From a virus (Duplodnaviria; Caudoviricetes), in IMG/VR virus record IMGVR_UViG_3300005933_000015, positions 1 to 57,474 of that record: 57,474 nucleotides of DNA; one strand, given 5' to 3'. The notes beneath the pieces were generated by a model, which ran no database searches, was not told where the DNA came from, and worked only from the letters and a program-made list of their open reading frames with translations. Of this stretch, positions 7,890 to 17,584 are shown piece by piece. The translations under genes were made by a program, and so were the position numbers. The stretch's first letter is position 1. Each line of letters starts with the position of its first letter.

Positions 7890-9041
7890 ATGGCAACATC
7901 AAGCAAAACTACAAAATCTAGATTCTCCGACCCAGACATGAAGTTCTTGGGAGCTGAACCTATGTTCGATTCAACTCTTGGTGTTGACTATGAGGGTAGG
8001 AATATTGCGTTGCTCAAGGCTCTCAATTGGTACAACTATTTTGTATCTAAGAAAGACCTTATTCCCAATATACTATCCTACGCAAAGACAGAGTTAAAGT
8101 TACCTGCAACACAACTCAATCAGTTCAAGTTAGCGTGTCCAACATGGGCGAACTCAACCGCAGGCGCATTGGTTAGGATGAGCGATAGTCGTGGATTCGT
8201 GCTTAATGATAAAGAGAAAACATTTATCAAAGACCATATCATGAGAGCGGTTGAGGAAGGTTCTAAGATCAAGGAGGTCAAAACGTCAGAAGACAAACCT
8301 CGTGAAGTCATTACCCCTCAACAGCGTCTGCGTAATAAGGTTAACGTCACTATCATGGAAGACCTTCGCGTGTTGGAAGACGCATGGTTGGCGAGTCTAA
8401 CTGAAAAGTTTGATGCATACGCCCTTATGAAGCAACACGACTTACCAGCAATGTCTGTTGGTATGGTTACTCCTTGGGTTAATGACCGCATCCAGGAGAT
8501 GCAAGACGCGATTGATAAATCTTGTCCACAGGCGGTGGAGGCATTCCGTCACTTGGATAAGAAAGAATTAGTTGCGCGTGTAAAATTGCTAAATAAAGTA
8601 CTAGATGATTTAAAACGTCATCAAGCGAACTCTAAAACAGTACGGAAGGTCCGTACAAAGAAACCAGTCGCGGCAACGAAACTAGTCGCTAAGATAAAAT
8701 TCCTAAAGGAATCACCAGAGTTCAAACTCGTGTCGATCAATCCTGCTACAGTAGTAGGGGCGGCGCGTCTGTTTGTATTTAATGTGAAAACGAGGACATT
8801 GTCTGAGTACATAAGTTCGGGTCCCGATGGTCTGAGCGTTAAGGGTACAAGTCTACAAAATTGGGATAGTGCTATATCCAAGTCTACGCGTCTGCGTAAA
8901 CCGGAGGAGTTCTTACCCCTAGTCCTTTCTAAGACACCGAAACAAATCGGTAACGCTTGGTCCAAATTAACTACAAAAGATGCCTCTCCAAATGGTCGAC
9001 TTAACGACGACACCATTTTGATGAGGATAACTAATGGTTAA
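7890..9041 (+). CDS. conserved hypothetical T4-like phage protein
   Basis: 383-aa basic ORF; ALNWYNY, VKGT, NGRLNDDTIL motifs. Confidence 0.8.
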   Translation: MATSSKTTKSRFSDPDMKFLGAEPMFDSTLGVDYEGRNIALLKALNWYNYFVSKKDLIPNILSYAKTELKLPATQLNQFKLACPTWANSTAGALVRMSDSRGFVLNDKEKTFIKDHIMRAVEEGSKIKEVKTSEDKPREVITPQQRLRNKVNVTIMEDLRVLEDAWLASLTEKFDAYALMKQHDLPAMSVGMVTPWVNDRIQEMQDAIDKSCPQAVEAFRHLDKKELVARVKLLNKVLDDLKRHQANSKTVRKVRTKKPVAATKLVAKIKFLKESPEFKLVSINPATVVGAARLFVFNVKTRTLSEYISSGPDGLSVKGTSLQNWDSAISKSTRLRKPEEFLPLVLSKTPKQIGNAWSKLTTKDASPNGRLNDDTILMRITNG

Positions 9042-9675
9042 AAAACAAATAATCGGTTCAATCGCTTCTATCGCTCTTGCGCTAATATCAGTAACATCTC
9101 TGGTACTTACAATACCAAGTATGGTTAGTAGTAACCAAATTGAATATCGGATCACACTCCCAGAAGAAACTTCTGAGCCAATTGTGGAGCGGTTGCAACT
9201 ATCAACCGAACTCAAACCACTAACGAGACAAACTAAACTAAGCATCAAGGACTTAAACTGTCTTGCCACTAATGTATACTTTGAGGCACTAAACGAAAGT
9301 TTTGCTGGGCAGATCTCTGTGGTGTTTGTTGTTATGAATAGGGTTGTAGATGATAGGTTTCCCAACTCAATTTGTAAAGTAGTATATCAGGGAAGGCTTG
9401 GCACTGAACAACATGCAGATGATGCTCGCAAAGGTAAGTGTCAGTTCTCTTGGGCGTGTGATGGTAAATCAGACACTATCAATGAGGAAACGGATAAGTG
9501 GAAACGAGTTATAGAGGTTGCCAAAACAGCGTTTCAGATGTATAATAAGGGGTTCGACATAACAGAAGGTTCCACACATTATCATGCGACATATGTCAAT
9601 CCAAAGTGGCGCAATGATAGAAGCATGGAACGCACTGGTAAGATGGACACACATATTTTTTATAAATGGGGTTAA
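9034..9675 (+). CDS. SleB-like cell wall hydrolase (Hydrolase_2) with N-terminal membrane anchor
   Basis: CLATNVYFEA, VVMNRV, CQFSW, THYHATYVNPKW, HIFY; hydrophobic N-terminus. Confidence 0.9.
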   Translation: MVKKQIIGSIASIALALISVTSLVLTIPSMVSSNQIEYRITLPEETSEPIVERLQLSTELKPLTRQTKLSIKDLNCLATNVYFEALNESFAGQISVVFVVMNRVVDDRFPNSICKVVYQGRLGTEQHADDARKGKCQFSWACDGKSDTINEETDKWKRVIEVAKTAFQMYNKGFDITEGSTHYHATYVNPKWRNDRSMERTGKMDTHIFYKWG

Positions 9676-9676
9676 C

Positions 9677-9901
9677 GTGATTGATGATATTTTAAGTAAG
9701 AAACAGTTTAGTGAACTTGCCGAGCAGACCGCTCGTCTAAAACGCATGACGCACATGGAGGCAGTTCTTTTTATCTGCTCTGAGCGATCGATCGACCCGC
9801 AAGATGTTGGTCCATTAATCAGTGCTCCCCTTAAATCTCGTATTGAGGCAGAGGCAATTGCTGATCGTATGTTACCTGGACACAATACACTACCAGTATG
9901 A
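9677..9901 (+). CDS. gp33: late transcription coactivator gp33
   Basis: GTG start; 'EAVLFIC...LISAPLKSRIEAEA...LP'; directly upstream of gp59 and gp32 as in T4. Confidence 0.8.
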   Translation: MIDDILSKKQFSELAEQTARLKRMTHMEAVLFICSERSIDPQDVGPLISAPLKSRIEAEAIADRMLPGHNTLPV

Positions 9902-10509
9902 TTATGATCCAACCATATGATGCATACTCATATTACATGGCGATCAAATTACATTTTGAGCGCGATGGGTATGACGCTCTGAAATATAACTTTAAAAGTT
10001 CTGCAACACCCAAGGCATTCTTGGGTCGTAAGGACAAGTATCACTTCGCAAAGATAGCAAAGAAGTTCACTCAACCAAAAGACTTGGTGGAATTCTATGT
10101 TTCTAACTTCTCGCGTGGTTCTAAATGGGTTGGCGACATGGTAGAGGATGGTGATGTTCACTACCTTGCATGGAAAAGATACTCTGACTCTATGAAATAT
10201 CGTTTCACAAACGATATAGATACTATGGTAAACTATGCAGATATGAAGGGTCTTAAATTTGACGGACTCTTCTTATCTACTACTGACGATGCGCATCCGC
10301 ACATTGTCAAACTACTTCTTCAAGAAGATATATCCCTGGAGACAGTGGTAATCATCGAGAAGATGTTGGGATTCACTAAACGATTGAACAAGTCAATAAC
10401 GGAAACACTAGTGTGGCCAGATTTGTCTAAGAAGATTGTGAAGATGACTCCCTTTGTGAGTGCAGACCTACCAGTGATGAAAAAAATCATCGTTGAAAAG
10501 TTTGCATAA
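9898..10509 (+). CDS. gp59: helicase loader gp59
   Basis: YMAIKLHF...YD..KYN, RKDKYHF, ISLET; synteny 33-59-32. Confidence 0.88.
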   Translation: MIMIQPYDAYSYYMAIKLHFERDGYDALKYNFKSSATPKAFLGRKDKYHFAKIAKKFTQPKDLVEFYVSNFSRGSKWVGDMVEDGDVHYLAWKRYSDSMKYRFTNDIDTMVNYADMKGLKFDGLFLSTTDDAHPHIVKLLLQEDISLETVVIIEKMLGFTKRLNKSITETLVWPDLSKKIVKMTPFVSADLPVMKKIIVEKFA

Positions 10510-10530
10510 TTTGCGATACTGTGTTATAAT
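10502..10530 (+). promoter_or_regulatory. sigma70-type promoter for gp32
   Basis: TTGCAT-17 bp-TATAAT with TG extension. Confidence 0.65.
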
Positions 10531-10565
10531 ATCAATTCAAAATCTGTATAAAAGGAAAATACAAA

Positions 10566-11495
10566 ATGTCATTTAATGCTCTAAAGAAAAATCGTTCTGC
10601 TTCAATTAACAAACTAGTTGAACAAGCACAAGCCGTTGCTGATAAGGCAGGCGGTTCAAAGCAAGAAGATAATATCTGGAAACCTACGGTAGACAAGTCT
10701 GGTAACGGTTACGCCGTGTTGCGATTCTTGCCCGCGCCAGAAGGTGAAGATGTGCCTTGGGTTCGTTTCTGGGACCACGGTTTCCAAGGTCCTACTGGAA
10801 AGTGGTACATTGAAAAGTCATTGACAAGTATTGGTCAACCCGATCCTGTCTCTGAACTCAACTCTAAGTTGTGGAACTCTGGTATCGAATCTGACAAAGA
10901 TCAGGTGCGTAAACAGAAACGCCGACAACACTATGCAGTCAATGCATATATTGTGAGCGATCCGGGCAATCCTGCTAATGAAGGTAAGGTATTCATCTAT
11001 CAGTTTGGTAAGAAGATCTTTGATAAAATCATGGATGTTATTCAACCACAATTCCAAGATGAAGACCCAGTCAATCCGTTTGACTTCTGGGATGGCGCAG
11101 ACTTCAAATTGAAGATCCGTCAAGTTGAAGGATACCGTAACTACGACAAGTCTGAGTTTGCAACCCCTGCTCCATTGCTAGGTGGCGACGACGAGAAGTT
11201 GGAAGAAGTCTATACGAAACTAAACCCATTATCTGCTTACACTGATGTTAAGAACTTCAAATCATATGAAGAACTAGATCGTAAACTAAGTATGGTATTG
11301 GGTGGTGCGCAAGCATCTCCAATGAAGACTGCTGAGTCTATGATGGATGATGAGTTCTATACTCCTACTCCATCTGCGGGTCGCACTGAAAGTGCTGCTG
11401 CTCCAAAGAGTGCTGGCGCAAAACCAGTTACCTCCATGGAAGACGACGATGAAGATGCGATGAGTTTCTTCAGTAAGTTAGCTGCTGACGCATAA
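10566..11495 (+). CDS. gp32: single-stranded DNA-binding protein gp32
   Basis: GNGYAVLRFLP, GKWYIE, FGKKIFDKI, NYDKSEF; acidic C-terminal tail. Confidence 0.96.
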   Translation: MSFNALKKNRSASINKLVEQAQAVADKAGGSKQEDNIWKPTVDKSGNGYAVLRFLPAPEGEDVPWVRFWDHGFQGPTGKWYIEKSLTSIGQPDPVSELNSKLWNSGIESDKDQVRKQKRRQHYAVNAYIVSDPGNPANEGKVFIYQFGKKIFDKIMDVIQPQFQDEDPVNPFDFWDGADFKLKIRQVEGYRNYDKSEFATPAPLLGGDDEKLEEVYTKLNPLSAYTDVKNFKSYEELDRKLSMVLGGAQASPMKTAESMMDDEFYTPTPSAGRTESAAAPKSAGAKPVTSMEDDDEDAMSFFSKLAADA

Positions 11496-11513
11496 CAGTT
11501 CAATATGCCAAAT

Positions 11514-11539
11514 AAAAAGGACCCTTCGGGGTCCTTTTT
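11514..11539. terminator. bidirectional rho-independent terminator with C(UUCG)G loop
   Basis: AAAAAGGACCC-TTCG-GGGTCCTTTTT between convergent genes. Confidence 0.9.
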
Positions 11540-13261
11540 TTATGCTGCTATCATCATATCATTACCTACTAATCCACCGAAACTTCGATCTGGAATATTA
11601 GGGTTTGATATATTATAGGTGTTCTGACTATTAGTTACTGGAGAAGATCCGGAGTTACTCGACACTGATGCAGGCACAGATAGTGCCGCACTATCTTTAA
11701 CCATTTCGGTGGCAGTTTCAGAGTTGCGCCTTTCAGTATCTGATTTGTTTAGTGTGTCTCCACTCTTCTGAACTTCTTTTATCGGGGGTGCTGACATTTT
11801 CTTAATATCGACTGTTGCTTCACCCGCAGCCAGTCCACGGATCATAGAAGCACCTTTGTTGCCAACAAGAGGAATTTTTTCAATGAGTGATGCAACCCAT
11901 TCTATAATAGTGTTCCACACACCGCGAAGTATGTTGCCGATACTAAATTCTGGAGCATCTTCATCGCGGAAACCAAGAGTTTTGGTAATCCAGTCAATAA
12001 GCATGTCGATTGGTTTGAATAGTAAGTCCATATAACCACCTTTGCCTACTAGGTTATTCCATAATTCGGTTAGTGCTGCGCCAGGATCAGTGAATAATGT
12101 ACTAAACCAATTGAATATACCGTCGATACCGTTTTTAATCAATGATAAGAAGTCAAAACTATCTAATGTTTCTGAGAAAGATTCGAACCCTAGTTTAGAA
12201 GCGATCCAAGATGCTAAGTCCTTGAGCATATTCAATGGAGTACCGATGATAGATGATATTAAACCACCCAGGCCACCTTTAATAGCACCCAATATCCCGC
12301 CGTCTTCGTATCCTTTCATAGCACCACTAACAGTATCGAATAGTGCCATGATGATAGTGAAGGGCGCGAAGATCTTTCCAAAGAATGCTCCGAACTTACC
12401 CAGTACACCACCGGCAGTAAATATCTTAAGAACTCCCTTGATCTTTGATAATACATTACTAACCCATCCACCAACTGTATTCTTTATCGAGGTGAATACT
12501 CCCTTAACATCATTTAATCTATCGCCTATGCCAAATATAGGACCAAGCAAAGCTTTTACTTTAGGTACAATGTTTCCAAATGCGTCTGAGAATAATTTAA
12601 ATTCAGCTTTAACATTATTTAATGGTATGAGAAAGAAATTCTTCACACTAGTGAATATCGATTTAATCTTTTTTACAAAACTACTTTCTTTAAAGAACAA
12701 TTTGATACGATCCAGCACACCAGTGAAGAAATTTCCTACACTGGAAACTAAAGACATGATCTTAGCACCTATCTTAGTAGCACCAAACTCTGCCTTCAGG
12801 AAACGGAATGTTGCTGCAATTCCTTTACCTATCAATAGAGCAGCTTCTTTCACTATGATAAAAAATGACTTGGCGATCGTTACGAACTGCTTTAGATAGC
12901 CGCTAATAAATCCCGCGACAAAACTAATAGCACCTAATATAATTCCACCAAACCCTCCAGCGCTTGATTCACTAACGGTCTTTTTTGGGGTAGTATTGTC
13001 TGCAATTGCGTTTAGAGCATTAAGAGTCCTCTCTTGTAATACTCCATCTTCCTTTGCCTTTTCAAGTGCTGCAAGGTTATTGCCTCCTAAGATATCTGCA
13101 ATGTTTTGTAGTTGATCGTTCATCACGAACGAGTTCGCGTCGATGTTATTCAAGTAGTCGTTAGACATAGAAATCCTGCTATCGACCTGAACAATGTTCT
13201 GGTTGAATTCCATCATCTCTAGAATTACATCTTCTAGCAAACCTTTTTGTTCGTTATCCAT
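11540..13261 (-). CDS. gp29: baseplate hub / tail length determinator (gp29-like tape measure)
   Basis: 573 aa of amphipathic, Gly/Ile/Phe-rich helical sequence; lies downstream of gp26/gp51. Confidence 0.65.
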   Translation of the reverse strand: MDNEQKGLLEDVILEMMEFNQNIVQVDSRISMSNDYLNNIDANSFVMNDQLQNIADILGGNNLAALEKAKEDGVLQERTLNALNAIADNTTPKKTVSESSAGGFGGIILGAISFVAGFISGYLKQFVTIAKSFFIIVKEAALLIGKGIAATFRFLKAEFGATKIGAKIMSLVSSVGNFFTGVLDRIKLFFKESSFVKKIKSIFTSVKNFFLIPLNNVKAEFKLFSDAFGNIVPKVKALLGPIFGIGDRLNDVKGVFTSIKNTVGGWVSNVLSKIKGVLKIFTAGGVLGKFGAFFGKIFAPFTIIMALFDTVSGAMKGYEDGGILGAIKGGLGGLISSIIGTPLNMLKDLASWIASKLGFESFSETLDSFDFLSLIKNGIDGIFNWFSTLFTDPGAALTELWNNLVGKGGYMDLLFKPIDMLIDWITKTLGFRDEDAPEFSIGNILRGVWNTIIEWVASLIEKIPLVGNKGASMIRGLAAGEATVDIKKMSAPPIKEVQKSGDTLNKSDTERRNSETATEMVKDSAALSVPASVSSNSGSSPVTNSQNTYNISNPNIPDRSFGGLVGNDMMIAA

Positions 13262-13265
13262 ATCT

Positions 13266-13409
13266 TTACCTATTCCAAGATTGTTGTCTTATTTTTGCGC
13301 GTTCTTCTTCTTGTTTCACAAACTCAACTAATTGCATAACATAAATCTCTCTCTCCCAAGGCATCATGGTATCAAGTTCACTGAGTGAATAATTATGATG
13401 CTGCATCAT
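13266..13409 (-). CDS. gp51: baseplate hub assembly protein gp51-like (not in ORF track; may be made as a frameshift extension of gp26)
   Basis: MMQHHNYSLSELDTMMPWEREIYV... is the typical small ORF following gp26; its frame stays open upstream into the end of gp26. Confidence 0.75.
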   Translation of the reverse strand: MMQHHNYSLSELDTMMPWEREIYVMQLVEFVKQEEERAKIRQQSWNR

Positions 13410-13456
13410 AGCAAAATTCGTCTTGTAGTGGTTTACAAGCGAATCATGGGAGAGGC

Positions 13457-14155
13457 CTACCCGAAAAAATTTGCAAGACCCTTTAACTCAAACTCATTAA
13501 CTGTACCACAATTGGAACAAGTATATTTGACATCATGTTTAAGCGAAGGCATGCTCTGGAAGAACTGCTCGATCTTTTTAAACTGAGCAGAGTTCAGTGA
13601 GTCTACAAACGCTTGTAGTTCTTGTGGAGTAGAATCTTTGGCAGGGTATACATTATTTTCGTCAAAAATCATTTCAATTGAATTAACAACTGTTTTCATA
13701 ACCGCTTCTATACCTTCTAACTTAGATATCTTTTGAGCATCTTCGACAGTAGGATACCTTAGTTTGATTCCGACCTTATCGGTCAACATAATCTTACTAT
13801 CGAATTCAGTACCTTGTACTTCTAATGCATCTAGATTAAGTTCGTACTCGTTACTCTCTTCGCAGTTAGAACACTTTAGGTTAATTTTAGATACTTCCCC
13901 GACAGACTTTGATCTCAACTTTAAAAACAAGTACTCTAGGTCAAATGTAGCAAGTTGTTTAACTTGAAGTTTGCCAAATGTACATGCGTCAATAACATCT
14001 TGCACTGCTCTTAATATTTGCGATTGATCTTCGCTTTCCATAGCAAGCATCAAAACCTTTTCCTCTTTAACGAGGTAGGGTCTGTATGTAACTTCTTTCT
14101 GTGTAGATGGGATCTTTACAGAATATTTGGGTGTATCGATTACGGGTAATGCCAT
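13457..14155 (-). CDS. gp26: baseplate hub assembly chaperone gp26
   Basis: MALP..., YRPYLVKEEK, DLEYLFLKLRSKSVGE, two CxxC motifs, ends GLANFFG. Confidence 0.88.
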   Translation of the reverse strand: MALPVIDTPKYSVKIPSTQKEVTYRPYLVKEEKVLMLAMESEDQSQILRAVQDVIDACTFGKLQVKQLATFDLEYLFLKLRSKSVGEVSKINLKCSNCEESNEYELNLDALEVQGTEFDSKIMLTDKVGIKLRYPTVEDAQKISKLEGIEAVMKTVVNSIEMIFDENNVYPAKDSTPQELQAFVDSLNSAQFKKIEQFFQSMPSLKHDVKYTCSNCGTVNEFELKGLANFFG

Positions 14156-14191
14156 TATTTAATTCCTTAATATAAAAATTTCAGTCAGTAG

Positions 14192-14199
14192 TATTTATA
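14192..14199 (-). promoter_or_regulatory. T4-type late promoter TATAAATA
   Basis: Exact consensus on the minus strand upstream of gp26. Confidence 0.8.
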
Positions 14200-14201
14200 G
14201 T

Positions 14202-14870
14202 TTAAAGTCCGAAGGTTCCTGCAACTGTATCAGCAATTCCACCAGCAATTCCAGTAACTGTATCAACAAGTCCTTCTACCACGAAGTTCTCGTATGTTAG
14301 GTTAACCGTCACTTTCTGAATACTGTTCTCGGCAGTGTTATCTAGGTTAATAGCATTAATACCAGTAGGATATGCGTTCTCTAGGCGAACAGTGTATATT
14401 GGGATGTTCTGTTTGTTTAGTTGAGCAATTCTGACGTCGGTTACATATTCGCTCTTATAGTTCATAGTATAAGTGTCGATATTAAATACCATACCCATCC
14501 ATTGATCAAACATCTTTCGCATATAATAATCATTGGTCAACAAGAAAGTAAACGTGACGTCTTCATTGATATATGTGTATGGAACTTTGATAGATTGCTT
14601 TACGTTCTGCATATCAATCGTCGTGATTGCGCGCCCAGGCAGGGTGCAACTCTCACATAACATAGCAACATCTCTGGGGTCGTTTATAAGACCTCCTAAC
14701 GACAAACCATTTCCAGACAGTACTCCGACTGCAAGGGCGTTTAAGTCAAGATTCAGTAAACTGCCCGATGGAGGTTGCATATAAACCATGAATCTATTAG
14801 AGTTAGCAAGTCCTTGGCGTTTGCTGAAGATTCCTTTTAGTTCGTCGATATCGCTTCCGAGTAATGACAT
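14202..14870 (-). CDS. gp54: baseplate tail tube initiator gp54-like
   Basis: NRFMV, CESCTLPG, FDQWM, LENAYP...VTVNLTY tube-like fold; position. Confidence 0.75.
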   Translation of the reverse strand: MSLLGSDIDELKGIFSKRQGLANSNRFMVYMQPPSGSLLNLDLNALAVGVLSGNGLSLGGLINDPRDVAMLCESCTLPGRAITTIDMQNVKQSIKVPYTYINEDVTFTFLLTNDYYMRKMFDQWMGMVFNIDTYTMNYKSEYVTDVRIAQLNKQNIPIYTVRLENAYPTGINAINLDNTAENSIQKVTVNLTYENFVVEGLVDTVTGIAGGIADTVAGTFGL

Positions 14871-14872
14871 TA

Positions 14873-15469
14873 TTATAGTCCTCTACTTATTTTATATGAG
14901 TCTTTCCAGACTGCGGTTTTTGTGCTCTTAGCAAATTGCTCAGTTGGTAAGAATATCGCGATCTCCCATTCTGGTGGGCGAACCAATACAATTTTTGAAT
15001 CTATCTGACTACTAAGATAATGTTTGAAACAAGGTTTAAACTCTCGATACTTACGAACACTCTTGAGTAAGTCGTACCTCATTTTAAACCTAGTACTTTC
15101 ATCAAATTTATCATTAGTAAGAGTACCACCAAGGCTGTCTAAGAACGAAGCCCGTACCGTTGGTTTCAGATAGTGTAGATTTAATCCGTAGAAACCGCCC
15201 GGAGCCTTTTCAACCATTATTGTCAATGGGAATTGGTCATAGTACGGAAGTTTCTCTCGATGTTTAGGATCATAAAAGAACATATACATGTTACCCCAGA
15301 TCGCCCTAGACTTCATGATCAATGCTTCATCCTTTAGCAATTGATTTCTATTGACCTTGCCTAGTTCCTTAACTTTTTGACGGAACCATACTTTAGCATC
15401 ATCGCTGCGTGGGTTTATTCCCGCTCGAAATGCTGCTTGTTCTAATTTATAAAATAATGATTCTGCCAT
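14873..15469 (-). CDS. gp2: DNA end protector protein gp2
   Basis: YDPKHREKLPYYDQFPL, GLNLHYL, PCFKHYL. Confidence 0.92.
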   Translation of the reverse strand: MAESLFYKLEQAAFRAGINPRSDDAKVWFRQKVKELGKVNRNQLLKDEALIMKSRAIWGNMYMFFYDPKHREKLPYYDQFPLTIMVEKAPGGFYGLNLHYLKPTVRASFLDSLGGTLTNDKFDESTRFKMRYDLLKSVRKYREFKPCFKHYLSSQIDSKIVLVRPPEWEIAIFLPTEQFAKSTKTAVWKDSYKISRGL

Positions 15470-15916
15470 TTATTTTCCTAGTATTTTAATTCCAAGACCC
15501 TTTAAGGTATCTTCTGTCCACACAACAAACTTCCACCCCCGAGTCATACAATATTCTTCAGCAGCATCCCACTTAGATTGGTTCTTAACATATGTCATAA
15601 CCTCAGTAATATACTTCCTAGTTTTACGAGCAGGTTGCGCGGGTGGTGTAGTTTCTTTCTTTGGTTTAATCTCAACCAAAAATGTTTGCCCATTTGCCAT
15701 TTTCATTTTAACGTCTACAAAATATCTATGTATCTTATTATCAGTCTTGCATCTGTATGGTATGACAACTTCTTCAGAACTCCATTTTAGAACCTGATCG
15801 TTTTCTTCGCACCACTTAAACACCTGTCGTTCCCATAGGGAACGGAAATATACCTTAGTAGAGTCCCCATCGTACTTATCATGTCGTTTAATTGGGTATC
15901 TGCCGGAGTATGCCAT
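15470..15916 (-). CDS. gp4: head completion nuclease gp4
   Basis: RSLWE, WSSEE, HRYFVD, EIKP, NQSKW..A, WTE. Confidence 0.93.
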   Translation of the reverse strand: MAYSGRYPIKRHDKYDGDSTKVYFRSLWERQVFKWCEENDQVLKWSSEEVVIPYRCKTDNKIHRYFVDVKMKMANGQTFLVEIKPKKETTPPAQPARKTRKYITEVMTYVKNQSKWDAAEEYCMTRGWKFVVWTEDTLKGLGIKILGK

Positions 15917-15958
15917 ATAAATAATATATAATGTTGTGTATTCTTACAACTATTTATA
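15916..15958. promoter_or_regulatory. Pair of oppositely oriented late promoters (TATAAATA on + at 15916-15923; on - at 15951-15958)
   Basis: Two exact consensus copies between the divergent gp4 and gp48 genes. Confidence 0.8.
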
Positions 15959-15968
15959 AGAGAAATCC

Positions 15969-16793
15969 ATGATAGATTTTAATAAAAAAAATGATACAGC
16001 AAGGTACATGTATCCAGAAGATATATCAAATTACCCAAAAATGGCAATTGAAGTTGTCACGGGGGATTACCCAACTTCTGTATTTCTACCGATACCAATT
16101 GGAATGCCTATACAAGATGGTATGTCATATGGGTCTAATAACCTCAATCAGATTGGCGCTATAGCTCAAGATGTTTTGAACAGTGGTGGTTCGATAAATT
16201 CAATTGGAAATAGTATAAGTAAGATGAAGAATGAACTTGCCGCTTCGAATGATTCTACCACAAATACAGCTGCACTTGCGATGATTGCGCAGAAGAACGG
16301 CATGGGAGCACTTGCGGGTGGTGATACGGGCAAAGCGATTGCAGAGGCAGTGTTATACAACAAGAGAACATTGCTTAACCCGAATCAAGTAACAACTTTC
16401 AATGGTTCTAACACACGGTCATATTCATTTGAATTTAAACTAATTGCGACTAGTCAGAAAGATAGTGATACCATAAGGAATATTCTTGAGCGATTACGAC
16501 TTAATGCATACCCATCTGGTAATAGGTTTACATTGAAATATCCATCAGAGTTTAATATTAAGGTTCTTAATAGAGACGACACTGTCAATAAGTATTATTC
16601 ACCTACATATAATTGTTTCTTACTCAGTATGAGTTCTTCTTATAATACGACTGCTAACTCTTTCTATAAAGACGGAGCACCATTAGATGTTACTCTATCA
16701 CTACAGTTTCAAGAAACTAAAGCACTTACACGAGAAGATATCGAAAAGATGCATTCTGATAGGTCTAGTATGCCAGATAACTTTTACATCTAA
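15969..16793 (+). CDS. gp48: baseplate tail tube cap gp48-like
   Basis: NPNQ...F.G...RSYSFEFKL, YP, LSLQFQET; precedes gp53. Confidence 0.78.
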   Translation: MIDFNKKNDTARYMYPEDISNYPKMAIEVVTGDYPTSVFLPIPIGMPIQDGMSYGSNNLNQIGAIAQDVLNSGGSINSIGNSISKMKNELAASNDSTTNTAALAMIAQKNGMGALAGGDTGKAIAEAVLYNKRTLLNPNQVTTFNGSNTRSYSFEFKLIATSQKDSDTIRNILERLRLNAYPSGNRFTLKYPSEFNIKVLNRDDTVNKYYSPTYNCFLLSMSSSYNTTANSFYKDGAPLDVTLSLQFQETKALTREDIEKMHSDRSSMPDNFYI

Positions 16794-16804
16794 GAGGTTT
16801 TATA

Positions 16805-17584
16805 ATGTCTTTCTTTAGAAACTTCCCAAAAACTTCCTACGACTATTTCAATACAGGAGTTAATACCAGAATCATTGATTTGTTCAGGTATGTCAAACCT
16901 TTAAACACCTTAGATGATGAATTGACTGCTTATACTTTTTACAAGATTGAAGAAGGTGACAGACCCGATATAGTATCACAAAAAGTATATGGCACGCCAG
17001 AATATTACTGGACTTTCTTTATAACTAACGACAGCCTTAGAACAGGTTTAGGTGAATGGCCAATGTCATTTAACGAGTTCGATAAGTACATGGCAGAAGA
17101 ATACTCTGGAGTAACTTTCACATTCAGACCACAGTACAACTACACTGGAGACGGATTACTACAGTCTATTGAGAATTCTGTTGCGGGTAAGTTTCAAATT
17201 GGAGAAACCGTTATAGGAACATTGAGTGGTGCAACTGGTAAAATAGAAAGTAAAGAACCAACCATGCAACAATTATCTATTGTTGATGTTGTTGGCACAT
17301 TTCGCAGTAATGAGATTATCCGTGGGCAAACTACACTGAACAGTTCTATTACTTATGAAGTTTTTGACACACAAGTAGCACCTCATCACTACGAAGACAA
17401 TCTTGGTAGGAGAGTTAACAATGCAATACACATTGATGGAGGTCTTCCCCCAGTGCAGTTGAATACAGTTACCAATTATGAATATGAGTATAATTTAAAC
17501 GAACAAAGGTCAAATATTCGTATTATTAGTAACGATCGTATATTCGAATTCGCAGACTCTTATCAAGAATTACTCAACACATGA
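16805..17584 (+). CDS. gp53: baseplate wedge subunit gp53
   Basis: FFRNFP, LysM-like EGDRPDIVSQKVYG..EYYW, WP, NYEYE..LNE..R.I. Confidence 0.88.
   Translation: MSFFRNFPKTSYDYFNTGVNTRIIDLFRYVKPLNTLDDELTAYTFYKIEEGDRPDIVSQKVYGTPEYYWTFFITNDSLRTGLGEWPMSFNEFDKYMAEEYSGVTFTFRPQYNYTGDGLLQSIENSVAGKFQIGETVIGTLSGATGKIESKEPTMQQLSIVDVVGTFRSNEIIRGQTTLNSSITYEVFDTQVAPHHYEDNLGRRVNNAIHIDGGLPPVQLNTVTNYEYEYNLNEQRSNIRIISNDRIFEFADSYQELLNT

Noticed and set aside
12042-12899. 285-aa + strand ORF
   Set aside because: Antisense shadow of the gp29-like gene; no RBS or recognisable motifs. The same applies to most short opposite-strand ORFs in the track.
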